DNA of 64,000 nt from Mycobacteriales bacterium (lineage in GTDB: Bacteria > Actinomycetota > Actinomycetes > Mycobacteriales > SCTD01), in NCBI GenBank assembly GCA_030447385.1, contig JAUJOY010000006.1, forward strand, positions 77,405 to 141,404. Direction: 5' to 3'. Position numbers and translations under genes: made by a program. Below are positions 27,766 through 37,941 of the stretch, in pieces; positions within the stretch are counted from its first letter, which is position 1, and each line of letters starts with the position of its first letter. The notes under the pieces are model-generated. The model was not told the DNA's origin and did not search any database. It saw nothing but the letters and a program-made list of their open reading frames with translations.

Positions 27766-28428
27766 TCAGGACGTACGCCGCCCGTGCTCGCTGCAGTCGG
27801 CCGACCACCCGGTCGGCGTGACCTGCACGACCATCCGGCGCCGGCAGTGCAGGCAGTAGCGGGGCGGGTCGAGCTCCGCGCTGCGCCGGCACGCCTCGTG
27901 CCCCTCCACCGTCAGCTCGCGCCCGCAGTGGCCGCACCAGGGCGCGAGCGGCAGCGCGAAGGCCTCCAGCAGCAGCCCGGGGACGAGGAACCAGTCCAGC
28001 GAGGGCGTCCGGACGAAGCCCAGCCGGGCGTAGAGGCGGTGCGCCGCCGTCATGTTGGTCTGGGAGGACAGGCGGACCATCGCGCAGCCGTCCTGACGGG
28101 CCAGCTCGAGAGCAGCCCGCACCAGGGCTTCGCCGACCCGCACGCCGCGGGCCTCCGGAGCAACCGCCAGCATGCGGATCACGGCCTCGCCGGGGACCGC
28201 CAGCTCGGCCAGCGGCCCGCCTCGGGTCGCCACCGCGAGCGAGCCCACGAGCTGCTCGCGCAGGAGCGCCACCAGCACCGTCGACTGCTCGGCCCGCCCG
28301 GTGACGTCGCGCAGCTGCGGCTCGTAGTCGAGCGAGGTCAAGCCCTCGCCGATGTAGACCGAGGCGGTGAGCTCGGCCACCGCCGCATGCTCAACTGGGG
28401 CGATCTCCCGGACTGTGACGCACATCAC
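27766..28428 (-). CDS. GNAT acetyltransferase fused to a BsaP-like (biotin synthase auxiliary protein) domain
   Basis: GNAT motif [18 protein letters not shown]-terminal WCGHCG...[31 protein letters not shown] resembles Rv1590/BsaP as I recall it. Confidence 0.8.
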   Translation of the reverse strand: MMCVTVREIAPVEHAAVAELTASVYIGEGLTSLDYEPQLRDVTGRAEQSTVLVALLREQLVGSLAVATRGGPLAELAVPGEAVIRMLAVAPEARGVRVGEALVRAALELARQDGCAMVRLSSQTNMTAAHRLYARLGFVRTPSLDWFLVPGLLLEAFALPLAPWCGHCGRELTVEGHEACRRSAELDPPRYCLHCRRRMVVQVTPTGWSADCSEHGRRTS

Positions 28429-28496
28429 TGCGCGCCTCCAAACGATCTAACCTAACGCCCGCATCAGAGTGCGTCAAGGATGGTACAGACGTCGAC

Positions 28497-28580
28497 ATGC
28501 TTCCCTCCCTCAGTTGGCCCGGCCTGCTGTTCTCCGTGGTCCTGTCCTTCGTCCTCGTCCTGGTGCTCGGGCTCCTCTAG
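28497..28580 (+). CDS. Putative 27-aa single-helix membrane peptide
   Basis: MLPSLSWPGLLFSVVLSFVLVLVLGLL-stop; its TAG overlaps the tag stop in CTAG; codons are GC3-rich. Confidence 0.45.
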   Translation: MLPSLSWPGLLFSVVLSFVLVLVLGLL

Positions 28581-29155
28581 CCGGCCGGGTGCTCCGCGGG
28601 CCGCACCCCGGCCCGCAACGCCTCGACCTCGCCGCGGACCGGGCACTGCACCAGGTGGTCGTTGACCAGCCCGCAGGCCTGCATCAGCGCGTACACCGTC
28701 GTCGGGCCGACGAAGGTGAAGCCCCGGCGGCGCATCTCGCGCGCGAGCACCGCTGACGCCGCCGTGTGCGCCGGCACACCGGCCGGCGCCGTGGGGGCCG
28801 GGCCGGGCAGCGGCGCGATCGACCACAGCAGCGCCGGCAGGCCCCCGTCCGCCCGCAGCGCCACCGTGGCGGCCGCGTTGGTGACGCAGGCCCGCAGCTT
28901 GGCCCGCGACCGGATCAGCCGGGCGTCGAGCAGCAGCGGCTCCACGTCGAGCCCGGCCACCGCCTCGGGGTCGAAGCCGGCGAACACCTCCCGCAGCGCC
29001 TCGCGCTTGCGCAGCACGGTGATCCACGCGAGCCCGGCCTGGAAGCCCTCCAGGCAGATCCGCTCGTACAGCGCCTGCTCCGTGACCTGCGGACGGCCCC
29101 ACTCGAGGTCGTGGTAGCGCTCGTACAGCGGGTCGCCCTCCCCGAAGCACCGCAC
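28577..29155 (-). CDS. tag: DNA-3-methyladenine glycosylase I
   Basis: RC...YHDLEWG, LEGFQAGLAW, GFTFVGPTTVYALMQACGLVNDH...C. Confidence 0.93.
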   Translation of the reverse strand: MRCFGEGDPLYERYHDLEWGRPQVTEQALYERICLEGFQAGLAWITVLRKREALREVFAGFDPEAVAGLDVEPLLLDARLIRSRAKLRACVTNAAATVALRADGGLPALLWSIAPLPGPAPTAPAGVPAHTAASAVLAREMRRRGFTFVGPTTVYALMQACGLVNDHLVQCPVRGEVEALRAGVRPAEHPAG

Positions 29156-29168
29156 CGCCGCCGCCGGG

Positions 29169-30170
29169 TCAGATCGTGGAGCGCAGCGCCGAGATCGGCA
29201 TGCGGAGGTCCTGCAGCATCTCCAGGTCCTCCGCCGCAGGGCGCCCCAGCGTGGTCAGGTAGTTGCCGACGATCAGGGCGTTGATGCCGCCGAGCATCCC
29301 GTCCCGGGCGAGATCCCCGAGTGTGATCTCCCGCCCGCCGGCGAACCGCAGGACCGTGCGGGGCAGCGTCAGGCGGAAGACGGCGATCGCCCGCAGCGCG
29401 TCCTCGGGACGCAGAACCGGCAGGTCGCCGAACGGCGTGCCGGGCCGGGGGTTGAGGAAGTTCAGCGGCACCTCGTCCGGGTCCAGCTCGGCCAGCTCCA
29501 CGGCGAACTCCGCTCGCTGCTCCAGCGTCTCGCCCATCCCGAGGATGCCGCCGCAGCACACCTGCATCCCGGCCGCCCAGACCATCCGCAGGGTCTCGTG
29601 CCGCTCCTCCCACGTGTGCGTCGTGACCACCTGCGGGAAGTACGAGCGCGCCGTCTCGAGGTTGTGGTTGTAGCGGTGCACGCCGAGGTCGCGCAGGGCA
29701 GCCACCTGCTGGGACGTGAGCATCCCCAGCGAGCAGGCGATGTCGATGTCCACCGCCTCGCGGATCGCCCGGATGCCCGCCTCGACCTGGGCCATGAGCC
29801 TGGCGTCGGGCCCGCGTACGGCCGCCACGATGCAGAACTCGCTCGCACCCGTGGCGCGGGTCTCGACAGCCGCCCGGACGAGGGAGTCGACGTCGAGCAG
29901 TGCGGCGCGCACCGGGCTCGGGAACAGCCCCGACTGGCTGCAGAAGTGGCAGTCCTCCACGCAGCCGCCGGTCTTGAGGCTGACGATGCCCTCGACCTCG
30001 ACCTGGGGGCCGCAGTGCCGCAGGCGCACCTCGTGGGCGAGCTGGAGCAGCTCCGGCAGGTGGCAGTCGGGCAGCAGCAGGGCGGCCAGGGCCTGCTGCT
30101 TCGCGAGCCCCACCCCCCGCTCGAGGACCTGCTCCCTCGCGACGCCCAGGATGTCGCTGCTGCCGGTCAC
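29169..30170 (-). CDS. bioB: Biotin synthase
   Basis: [53 protein letters not shown]. Confidence 0.95.
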   Translation of the reverse strand: MTGSSDILGVAREQVLERGVGLAKQQALAALLLPDCHLPELLQLAHEVRLRHCGPQVEVEGIVSLKTGGCVEDCHFCSQSGLFPSPVRAALLDVDSLVRAAVETRATGASEFCIVAAVRGPDARLMAQVEAGIRAIREAVDIDIACSLGMLTSQQVAALRDLGVHRYNHNLETARSYFPQVVTTHTWEERHETLRMVWAAGMQVCCGGILGMGETLEQRAEFAVELAELDPDEVPLNFLNPRPGTPFGDLPVLRPEDALRAIAVFRLTLPRTVLRFAGGREITLGDLARDGMLGGINALIVGNYLTTLGRPAAEDLEMLQDLRMPISALRSTI

Positions 30171-30268
30171 GCCGGAAGTCTGCCAGCGCCGCGTACCGTC
30201 ACGCAGTCGTCGCACGGCCGACACCTGCCGGATGCCCAGCCAGTGCACCCTGACAGCCGCGCCCCCAG

Positions 30269-30622
30269 GTGGGGCCAGACCCGAAGGAGGCTGCTGTGCA
30301 CGCTCTTTCCACATGGGCCGACGAGGCCGCGTTCCACGCGGCGGATCCTCGTCGCCGGTTCTCCTTCGAGGTCGACCTCGGCGCCACCTGGCGCCGGGAG
30401 GGCTCCAACGACGCGTGGCGGCTCGCGTGGCTGCGCGAGACCGGCGAGCTGTACGTCTGCCGCGCCGACGGCTACGACGGCTCGTGCACGGACGTGTCGG
30501 TGCTGGCGCTCGTCCCCCGGGAGCGGGACCTCGACGCGATGCTCGCCGGGTGGCGGGAGCACCGCGTCCACCCGGACGGGCTGTCGTGGGTGGTTCGCCG
30601 CACTGCACCGGTCGCCGCCTAG
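30269..30622 (+). CDS. Hypothetical protein
   Basis: Coherent ORF divergent from bioB and co-directional with pdtaS. Confidence 0.55.
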   Translation: MGPDPKEAAVHALSTWADEAAFHAADPRRRFSFEVDLGATWRREGSNDAWRLAWLRETGELYVCRADGYDGSCTDVSVLALVPRERDLDAMLAGWREHRVHPDGLSWVVRRTAPVAA

Positions 30623-30680
30623 AGCCGCACGCACCTGCGTCCGCGGCGGGTGGGGCGGTCGGCCTGCCTACGCTTCTCCC

Positions 30681-32201
30681 GTGTCGACGCTGGCAGACCT
30701 GCTCCGGGCCCGTACGGCCCTCGAGGAGGAGGACGTCGACTGGCTGCAGCGGCTGGTGGGGGAGTGGCAGCTGGTAGCTGACCTGTCCTTCGCGGACCTG
30801 GTCCTGCACGTCCGCACCCGCGAGAGCTCCTGGCTGACCGTCGCGCACATGCGCCCCACGACCGGGCCCACTGCCCATCCGCTGGACGTGGTGGGCACCG
30901 ATCTCCCGGTCGGTGAGGTGCCGCGCTTCGAGCGCGCCGTCCGTGAGGGGCGGATCCTCGGCGAGCCCGAGCCGGGCTCGGCGGAGCGGCTCGCGGCCCG
31001 CCAGGAGGTCGTCCCGGTCCGTCGCGGCCCGCACGTCGTGGCCGTGCTCACCCGGGAGACGCCCGTGTCGGTGGCCCGCATGCCCAGTGCCCTCGAGCTC
31101 ACCTACCTGACCACCGCGAACGAGCTGCTGCAGATGGTGAGCGAGGGGCTGTTTCCCTTCCCCGGCTCGGTGCCCGACGCGGAGCACGCCCCCCGCGTCG
31201 GCGACGGCCTGCTGCGCCTGGACCGGACCGGGCACGTGGTCTACGCCAGCCCGAACGCGCTGTCGGCCTACCGGCGCCTGGGCGTCAGCGGAGACCTGCT
31301 CGGCGCGCACCTCGGCTCGACCATCGCCCGCCTCAGCGCCGGCCCCGGCCTGCTCGACGAGCCCCGGGGGTCGGCTGCGCTCGCGGCCGTGCTGCGCTTC
31401 GGCGAGCCGCGGGAGTCCGAGGTGGAGGCTCGGGGCGCCACGGTCCTGCTGCGGGCGCTGCCGCTCCACCCGGGCGGCGAGCCGCGGGGGGCCCTGCTCC
31501 TGGTCCGCGACGTGACCGAGCTGCGCAGCCGGGACCGTCAGCTCCTGGGCAAGGACGCCACCATCCGCGAGATCCACCACCGCGTGAAGAACAACCTGCA
31601 GACCGTCGCCGCGCTGCTACGGCTGCAGGCCCGGCGCATGCAGGTGCCCCAGGCCCGCGCGGCGCTGGAGGACTCGGTGCGCCGGGTCGCCTCGATCGCG
31701 CTGGTCCACGAGACGCTCTCGCAGGCCTGGGAGGCCGGAGTGCCCTTCGACGAGATCGCCGACCGGGTGCTGGCGATGTGCGCCGAGGTGGCGGCTCCGG
31801 AGTCCTCGGTGGCCGTACGCCGCACCGGCAGCTTCGGCGAGCTCCCGGCGGAGGTGGCCACGCCGCTGGCCATGGCGCTCACCGAGCTCGTGCAGAACGC
31901 CGTGGAGCACGGGTTCCCCGAGACCGGGGATGGCACCCGTGCAGGCACGATCGCGGTGCGGGCCACGCGCAGAGAGGCCGACCTGCACGTCGAGGTGGTC
32001 GACGACGGGGTCGGGCTGCCCGCCGGCTTCGACCTCGGTGCGACCAGCCAGCTCGGGCTGCAGATCGTGCGCACGCTCGTGTCCGCCGAGCTCCGTGGCT
32101 CCTTGGTCCTCACCGCCGGGGCGGGTGGCCGCGGGACCAGGGCCGTCGTGGATGTGCCGCTCGCTCCCGAACTCAGCGCAGGAGCAGGGGTAGCGCGCTG
32201 A
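30681..32201 (+). CDS. pdtaS: Cytosolic sensor histidine kinase PdtaS
   Basis: [15 protein letters not shown]-domain, PAS region, [26 protein letters not shown]. Confidence 0.92.
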   Translation: MSTLADLLRARTALEEEDVDWLQRLVGEWQLVADLSFADLVLHVRTRESSWLTVAHMRPTTGPTAHPLDVVGTDLPVGEVPRFERAVREGRILGEPEPGSAERLAARQEVVPVRRGPHVVAVLTRETPVSVARMPSALELTYLTTANELLQMVSEGLFPFPGSVPDAEHAPRVGDGLLRLDRTGHVVYASPNALSAYRRLGVSGDLLGAHLGSTIARLSAGPGLLDEPRGSAALAAVLRFGEPRESEVEARGATVLLRALPLHPGGEPRGALLLVRDVTELRSRDRQLLGKDATIREIHHRVKNNLQTVAALLRLQARRMQVPQARAALEDSVRRVASIALVHETLSQAWEAGVPFDEIADRVLAMCAEVAAPESSVAVRRTGSFGELPAEVATPLAMALTELVQNAVEHGFPETGDGTRAGTIAVRATRREADLHVEVVDDGVGLPAGFDLGATSQLGLQIVRTLVSAELRGSLVLTAGAGGRGTRAVVDVPLAPELSAGAGVAR

Positions 32202-32400
32202 GCTCCGGGGCGTGGCGCCCGAGCGAGTTGAGTCCCGGGTCCTGCGAGGCGGTTTCGGACAGAGCCTGGAAGGCCAGGAAGAGCCCGCCGAGCAGCAGGG
32301 CCATGACCACCAGGCCCAGCAGCCGGAACCGCCACACCGCCCGCCACCGCGGCGGGAGCTCGCGGGCCAGCAGGGGCGGTCGGACGTAGCGGTCAGCCAT
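32173..32400 (-). CDS. Small membrane protein
   Basis: MADRYVRPPL... with one hydrophobic helix; downstream of whiB1. Confidence 0.55.
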   Translation of the reverse strand: MADRYVRPPLLARELPPRWRAVWRFRLLGLVVMALLLGGLFLAFQALSETASQDPGLNSLGRHAPELSALPLLLR

Positions 32401-32432
32401 GCCGGGCCGGGTAGCGCCGGATGCCGCCGACC

Positions 32433-32684
32433 TCAGGCGCTCGGAGCGTGCGCGCGACCCGCCTGGCGCCGCAGCACGCGCCGCTCGTCCTCGCTCGTGC
32501 CGCCCCAGACGCCGGCCTCCTGCGCCGTGTCGAGCGCCCAGCCCAGGCACGGTTCCACGACGGGGCAGCGCCGGCAGACCACTTTGGCCTCGGCGACCTG
32601 GGATGCCGCGGGCCCGGTCGTCCCGATGGGGAAGAACAGCTCAGGGTCCTCGTCGCGGCAGAGCGCTGCGTGGCGCCAGTCCAT
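32433..32684 (-). CDS. whiB1: WhiB family regulator WhiB1/WblE
   Basis: MDWRHAALCRDEDPELFFPIG...CRRC...C...GVWGG; adjacent to pdtaS. Confidence 0.93.
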   Translation of the reverse strand: MDWRHAALCRDEDPELFFPIGTTGPAASQVAEAKVVCRRCPVVEPCLGWALDTAQEAGVWGGTSEDERRVLRRQAGRAHAPSA

Positions 32685-32981
32685 GGGTGCTACTCCTGTC
32701 CTCGGCGGCCGCGCGCCCTCGCACGTCGGCCGTCTTCATCCGGCACGACGTGCGCCGGTTCCTGCCAGCACCGACTTCCGGTCCTGCCCGCGGGCGGTCA
32801 GGGTCGGCCGTACATGCTCGTTGATCCAGCCTGTCATCACTGGTGTACGCCGCGCAAGGGTTCGCCCCTGACCTTGGGGGGGAACGCGTGTCGGCTTGGT
32901 CACGTTCTGATCGGCGCCCTGCCCCACGCGCCCCGCGCTTACTCCTCGAAGGTGCAATCGCTCGCCCGCGGAGCGTGACGC

Positions 32982-33902
32982 TCAGGCCAGGACCTCGAGC
33001 GCTCGGGGCACCGAGCGGAAGGCCACCTTGCTACGGTCGCCGAGGTCGTCGCCGTCCAGCTGCAGCGCAGCCGGGCGCTCGGTGGTGATCGTGAAGCCCT
33101 CCTGGTCGTGCAGGGCGTAGACCGCCCGGCCCCGGGGACGCCCGTCGCTCGCGAGGATCTGGCGCAGGTGGCGCAGGGTGCTGACCGTCCCGAGGCTGCG
33201 CAGCCCGAACAGGTCCAGACCCAGCTCGAAGCTGGCCGCCGGGCAGGGGCGTACCGGGCGCGGCCCGAAGTAGGTCCACGGGTCGGCGTTGCAGACCAGA
33301 GCGAGCGCGAGCCGCTCCTCTGGCCCGTCGAGCGGCGTGACCGTCAGCGGCAGGCTGCTCCGGTCGGTCTTGAGGAAGAACTGGCGCAGACCCTCCCGGA
33401 CGAACAGGGCCGGTGTGGCCTCCTTGCCTCCGGAGCGCTGCGCCTCCACCAGCCGGACCGCCTCGGCGTCCATCCCCAGCCCCGCGCAGAAGGTGAAGTA
33501 GCGCTCGTTGGCCTTGCCGAGCCCCACGGTGCGCCGGCACGAGCCGCGGACCGCCTCCAGCAGCCGGTCCGTGGCCTCCACAGGGGAGTTGGGCAGCCCG
33601 ACCGCTCGGGCGAAGACGTTGGCGCTTCCGCCGGGGACCACGCCGAGCGCCGGCAGGCCAGCCTTCGGACCCTCGGCCAGCAGGCCGTTGACGACCTCGT
33701 TCACGGTCCCGTCACCGCCGAGGGCAACGACGATGTCGAGCCCGTCGCGTGCCGCCTCGGCGGCAAGGGTCGTGGCGTGGTCGCGGGCCTCGGTGCGCAC
33801 GACCTCGAGCTTGAGCTCGCTGGCAAGGGCCCGAGCCAGCACGTCGCACACCCCACCGGTCGTCGTCGTGGCCTTGGGGTTGACGACGAGGAGGGCGCGC
33901 AT
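32982..33902 (-). CDS. Diacylglycerol kinase family lipid kinase
   Basis: VNPKA, GGDGTVNEV, PGGSANVFAR, QLDGD. Confidence 0.92.
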   Translation of the reverse strand: MRALLVVNPKATTTTGGVCDVLARALASELKLEVVRTEARDHATTLAAEAARDGLDIVVALGGDGTVNEVVNGLLAEGPKAGLPALGVVPGGSANVFARAVGLPNSPVEATDRLLEAVRGSCRRTVGLGKANERYFTFCAGLGMDAEAVRLVEAQRSGGKEATPALFVREGLRQFFLKTDRSSLPLTVTPLDGPEERLALALVCNADPWTYFGPRPVRPCPAASFELGLDLFGLRSLGTVSTLRHLRQILASDGRPRGRAVYALHDQEGFTITTERPAALQLDGDDLGDRSKVAFRSVPRALEVLA

Positions 33903-33935
33903 GCCTCAGCGTATCCACGACTAGCGTGATCGTCC

Positions 33936-34313
33936 GTGAGCCTGCCCACCGCCGTCACCCGGGCGGCGCTGCTCGTCGCCGTGGAGGGGGCGGGGCTGGC
34001 GGTCCTGGGCCTCGGCTACGGGGCGGCCGCGCTCGCCGGGCAGCCGTTCGACCGCAGGGCGGCGCTGCTCGAGGGAGGCTTCACGCTGCTGGCCGGCCTG
34101 CTGGTGCTGCTCGTCGCCAGGGGCCTCGCGGGGGCGGCCGGCTGGTCCCGCGCGCCGACCGTCGTCCTGCAGCTGCTGGCCCTTCCGGTCGGCGTCGGCC
34201 TCGTGCAGGGCCAGGTCTGGTACGCCGCCCTGCCGGTGCTGGCGCTCGCCTCGGCCGTGCTCTACCAGCTGGCGACGCCGCAGGCGCGCGCTGCGTTCTC
34301 GGGCACCGACTGA
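33936..34313 (+). CDS. Conserved membrane protein
   Basis: Four hydrophobic segments; position matches the actinobacterial backbone. Confidence 0.7.
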   Translation: MSLPTAVTRAALLVAVEGAGLAVLGLGYGAAALAGQPFDRRAALLEGGFTLLAGLLVLLVARGLAGAAGWSRAPTVVLQLLALPVGVGLVQGQVWYAALPVLALASAVLYQLATPQARAAFSGTD

Positions 34314-34327
34314 GGCACGGGAGGGGC

Positions 34328-35242
34328 CTACTCCTCGAGCAGCAGCCCGGTCCGCAGCTGGGCCAGGGTGCGCGCGAGCAGCCGGGAGACGTGCATCTGG
34401 CTGATTCCGAGCTCGGTGGCGATCTGCGACTGGGTCATGTTGCCGAAGAAGCGCAGCATGAGGATCTTCTTCTCCCGCGGGGGCAGCTGCTCGAGCAGCG
34501 GCTTGAGGGACTCGCGGTACTCCACCCCCTCCAGCGCGTCGTCCATCATCCCCAGCGAGTCCGCGACCACGGGGGAGTCGTCGTCGCCGCCGTCCGGAGC
34601 GTCGAGGCTGACCGCGGAGTAGGCGTTGGCGGACTCCAGCCCCTCGAGGATGTCCTCCTCGCTGAGCCCGAGGTGCACCGCCAGCTCGGCCACCGTGGGG
34701 GAGCGGCCGTTCTTCTGGGACAGGTCGCTGGTGGCCTTGGTGAGGCTGAGCTTGAGCTCCTGCAGCCGGCGGGGGACGCGGATGGCCCAGCCCTTGTCGC
34801 GGAAGTGCCGCTTGATCTCCCCCACGATCGTCGGGGTGGCGTAGGTCGAGAACTCCACACCCCGCTCGAGGTCGAAGCGGTCCACCGACTTGATCAGGCC
34901 GATGGTCGCCACCTGGACGAGGTCGTCGAGCGGCTCGCCCCGGTTGCGGAAGCGCCGGGCGAGGTACTCCACGAGCGGCAGGTGCGCCTCGACGAGCTCC
35001 TCGCGCAGGCGGGTCCGCTCCGGCGCGTCCGGCGGCAGCTCCGACAGGCGCACGAACATCGCGCGGGCGTGCGCCCGGTCGGAGGCGGTGCGCTCCTGCC
35101 GCAGGGTCAGCGGGATGACCTCCTGGAGGCTCTCGGCCGGAGGAGGGCTGGCCTGACCGGGTGGGACCAGCGCCTCGTCCGCGACGACGTCGATCAGGGC
35201 CTCGTCGACCACGAGAGGGTCCAGTCCGGTGGCGTCGGTCAC
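34328..35242 (-). CDS. SigB/SigF/SigG-type RNA polymerase sigma factor
   Basis: DDLVQVATIGLIKSVDRFD, YATPTIVGEIKRHFRD, RFFGNMTQSQIA; GTGA overlap with the anti-sigma. Confidence 0.94.
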   Translation of the reverse strand: MTDATGLDPLVVDEALIDVVADEALVPPGQASPPPAESLQEVIPLTLRQERTASDRAHARAMFVRLSELPPDAPERTRLREELVEAHLPLVEYLARRFRNRGEPLDDLVQVATIGLIKSVDRFDLERGVEFSTYATPTIVGEIKRHFRDKGWAIRVPRRLQELKLSLTKATSDLSQKNGRSPTVAELAVHLGLSEEDILEGLESANAYSAVSLDAPDGGDDDSPVVADSLGMMDDALEGVEYRESLKPLLEQLPPREKKILMLRFFGNMTQSQIATELGISQMHVSRLLARTLAQLRTGLLLEE

Positions 35243-35712
35243 GATCCCGTCCCAGAGAGGTTGGCCTTGCGCTTGTACAGCGACAGGGTCACGCGGTTGT
35301 CGGCGTCGAGCGAGCTGTCGACCTCGCCGGCCAGCGCGGTGAGCACGGTCCAGGCGAAGGTGTCCCGGGACGGCTCCTGCCCGTCGAGCGTCAGCACGCT
35401 GACGTCGACGCGGATGGCCGAGGACGTGAGCTCGAACGTGCAGTCCAGGTCGGCCCCAGGCACGGCCTGGGTGAGGAGCATCGCGCAGGCCTCGTCGACC
35501 GCGATCCGCAGGTCCTCGATGTCGTCGATGGTGAAGTCGAGCCGGGAAGCCAGGCCCGCGGTGGCCGTACGCAGCACGCTCAGGTAGGCGCCGGCCGCCG
35601 GAAGCCGGAGCACCACGACGTCGCGTCGCGCGCCCGAGGGCAGACCCTCCTCGACCTGGGTGGTCGCGCCCGCAGGCCGGCTGCCCTGCGAGCCCGAGTC
35701 CTGCTGCGACAT
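35239..35712 (-). CDS. Anti-sigma factor (RsbW/UsfX-like)
   Basis: LRLPAAGAYLSVLRTATAGLA...IEDLRIAVDEAC. Confidence 0.9.
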   Translation of the reverse strand: MSQQDSGSQGSRPAGATTQVEEGLPSGARRDVVVLRLPAAGAYLSVLRTATAGLASRLDFTIDDIEDLRIAVDEACAMLLTQAVPGADLDCTFELTSSAIRVDVSVLTLDGQEPSRDTFAWTVLTALAGEVDSSLDADNRVTLSLYKRKANLSGTGS

Positions 35713-35958
35713 GCCCCCTCCGATTGCCGGCGAAGGCCGGCGTCATCTTCCTGCTGGCGTCCCCCTGACACGGCGGGCTCCCGGCGCCCGGCTCCCGAAG
35801 GCCGCGGTGCCGCCAATCCTATGTCGGGGAAGATCGGGGCTGCATCCGGACCGGGTGGGGAAGTCCGACGGGACTGCGAAGGCAGCACGTGCCGCCCGGC
35901 CCGGGATGCGATCCTGGGAGGACGACCACCCGCTCCGGAGACCGAATGCACCCCTTCG

Positions 35959-37914
35959 ATGCACCCTGACCGTCGCACCGTCCTCAAGGGCATGGCCGCG
36001 GGCGCCGCTGCCCTGGGCGGCCTGTCGGCCTTCCCCGCACGCGCCGCCGGCGCTGCCGCCCGGCCGCCGGCTGCCGCGGGCACGACGCTCGACAGCACGG
36101 TCGTACGCGGCGCCGCGCTCAACCCGCAGGGCTACGTCCGCCTCGCGAGCGGGCGCGGCGAGCCGCACCTGACGCGCGACGACCTGGGGGCGAGCGCGCA
36201 GAGCGGCCGGGAGACCAGGCGCGTCGGCCTGCTGGCCTTCGCGCACCTCACCGACATCCACGTGATCGACGCCCAGTCGCCCGGCCGGGTCGAGTTCCTG
36301 GACCGCTACAACGACGGGCCGGGGGAGCCGCTGTTCTTCGGGTCGGCCTACCGCCCGCAGGAGTTCCTCACCCCGCAGGTGTCCGATGCGCTGGTGTCCG
36401 CCGTCGAGCGGGTGGGGCTCGGGCCGGTGAGCCGCCGCGGCCTCGACTTCGCGCTCTGCACGGGGGACAACACCGACAACGCCCAGCTCAACGAGCTCCG
36501 GTGGGGGATCGACGTCCTCGACGGCGGGACGTCGGTGCGGCCGGACAGCGGCGCGACCGACCGGTTCGAGGGCGTGCACGACCAGGACGCCCTGTCCTAC
36601 GACGTGCACTACTGGCACCCGGACGGCACGCCGCTGGGCAAGCCCGACGACAACGCCCGTCGCCTGTACGGCTTCCCGGTGGTCCCCGGGCTGCTCGACG
36701 CCGCGCGGCGGCCGTTCACCCCCGTCGGGCTGTCCATCCCCTGGTACACCTGCTACGGCAACCACGACGGGCTGGTGCAGGGCAACTTCCCGCAGTCCTT
36801 CCAGCTGACCCAGCTGACGACCGGTCCGCTGAAGATCGTCGGGCTGCCCGCCGGGGTCTCCCCCGACGACCTCGAGCGGGGCCTGACAGGTGCCGACCCC
36901 GCCGTCCTGGACTCCCTGGCGACAGCGCCCGCACGTCCCGTGACGCCCGATCCCGCCCGTGAGGTCATCCCGCGGCTGCGCAACGTCCAGGAGCACTTCA
37001 GGACCGGCGGAGCGCCACTCGGGCACGGGTTCACGCAGCAGAACCTCGACGACGGCACCGCCTACTACGCCTTCGACCCCTCGCCGCAGGTGCGGGGCAT
37101 CGTCCTCGACACGGTGAACCCCAACGGGGAGTCCAGCGGGTCGCTGGACCAGGCGCAGTTCCGCTGGCTGCGGGCCCGGCTCGAGGAGGTGAGCGGGCCT
37201 GGCCGGAACCGGCTCGTGCTGGTGTTCAGCCACCACACGATCGCGAGCATGACCAACGCGCTGGTGTTCGCCGACGACCCCACGCCGCGGGTGCTGGGTC
37301 CGCAGGTGCGCGACCTGCTGCTGCAGTTCCCCAACGTCGTGCTGTGGGTCAACGGGCACACCCATGTCAACCGCGTGACGCCCTACCGCCGGGCGGACGG
37401 CAGCGGCTTCTGGGAGGTCAACACGGCCAGCCACGTCGACTGGCCGAGCCAGGCGCGCCTCGTCGAGCTCGTCGACAACCGCGACGGGACGCTGTCGGTG
37501 TTCGGCACGCTGCTGGACGCCGACGCCCCGCTGTCGTACGGAGGACGGCTGGACTCCCCCCGCGCGCTGGCCTCCCTGGCCCGTGAGCTGGCGGCGAACG
37601 ACTGGCAGGAGCGCAACGACGTACGCCGCGGGCTGATCGAGGACCGCAACGTCGAGCTGCTGGTGCGCGCGCCGTTCCCGCTCGCGGTGCGGGCGCCCGC
37701 GGAGCGGACCGGTACCCCGGTGGCTGGCGTGCCGGGTGGCGCTCCCGCCGGGGCGGCGGCGCAGCGGCTGGTCGCTGCGGCGCCGGCCGGCACGCTGGCC
37801 GCCACGGGTGGGAGTGACCCGAGGGCCATCGGGGCCGTGGCGCTCACAGCGGCAGCGGTCGCGCTGCGGCTTGGGCGCGGCCGGTCGCCGGCAGGGGCGC
37901 CGGACCCCGCCTGA
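35959..37914 (+). CDS. Tat-exported metallophosphoesterase (TIGR03767-like) with C-terminal LAATG sorting signal
   Basis: DRRTVLK Tat motif; TDIH, GDNTD, GNHD, HH, GHTH; C-terminal LAATG plus hydrophobic stretch plus RLGRGR. Confidence 0.87.
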   Translation: MHPDRRTVLKGMAAGAAALGGLSAFPARAAGAAARPPAAAGTTLDSTVVRGAALNPQGYVRLASGRGEPHLTRDDLGASAQSGRETRRVGLLAFAHLTDIHVIDAQSPGRVEFLDRYNDGPGEPLFFGSAYRPQEFLTPQVSDALVSAVERVGLGPVSRRGLDFALCTGDNTDNAQLNELRWGIDVLDGGTSVRPDSGATDRFEGVHDQDALSYDVHYWHPDGTPLGKPDDNARRLYGFPVVPGLLDAARRPFTPVGLSIPWYTCYGNHDGLVQGNFPQSFQLTQLTTGPLKIVGLPAGVSPDDLERGLTGADPAVLDSLATAPARPVTPDPAREVIPRLRNVQEHFRTGGAPLGHGFTQQNLDDGTAYYAFDPSPQVRGIVLDTVNPNGESSGSLDQAQFRWLRARLEEVSGPGRNRLVLVFSHHTIASMTNALVFADDPTPRVLGPQVRDLLLQFPNVVLWVNGHTHVNRVTPYRRADGSGFWEVNTASHVDWPSQARLVELVDNRDGTLSVFGTLLDADAPLSYGGRLDSPRALASLARELAANDWQERNDVRRGLIEDRNVELLVRAPFPLAVRAPAERTGTPVAGVPGGAPAGAAAQRLVAAAPAGTLAATGGSDPRAIGAVALTAAAVALRLGRGRSPAGAPDPA

Positions 37915-37941
37915 GCTCCGGCTACGGGCGCCGCAGGGCGG

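Noticed and set aside
29598-30680. Long N-terminal extension of pdtaS, and the reciprocal extension of bioB to 31580
   Set aside because: Both overlap opposite-strand genes; recognisable domains start at 30681 and 30170.
32880-32910. CRP site upstream of whiB1
   Set aside because: GTG...CAC spacing is 10 rather than 8, a poor match.
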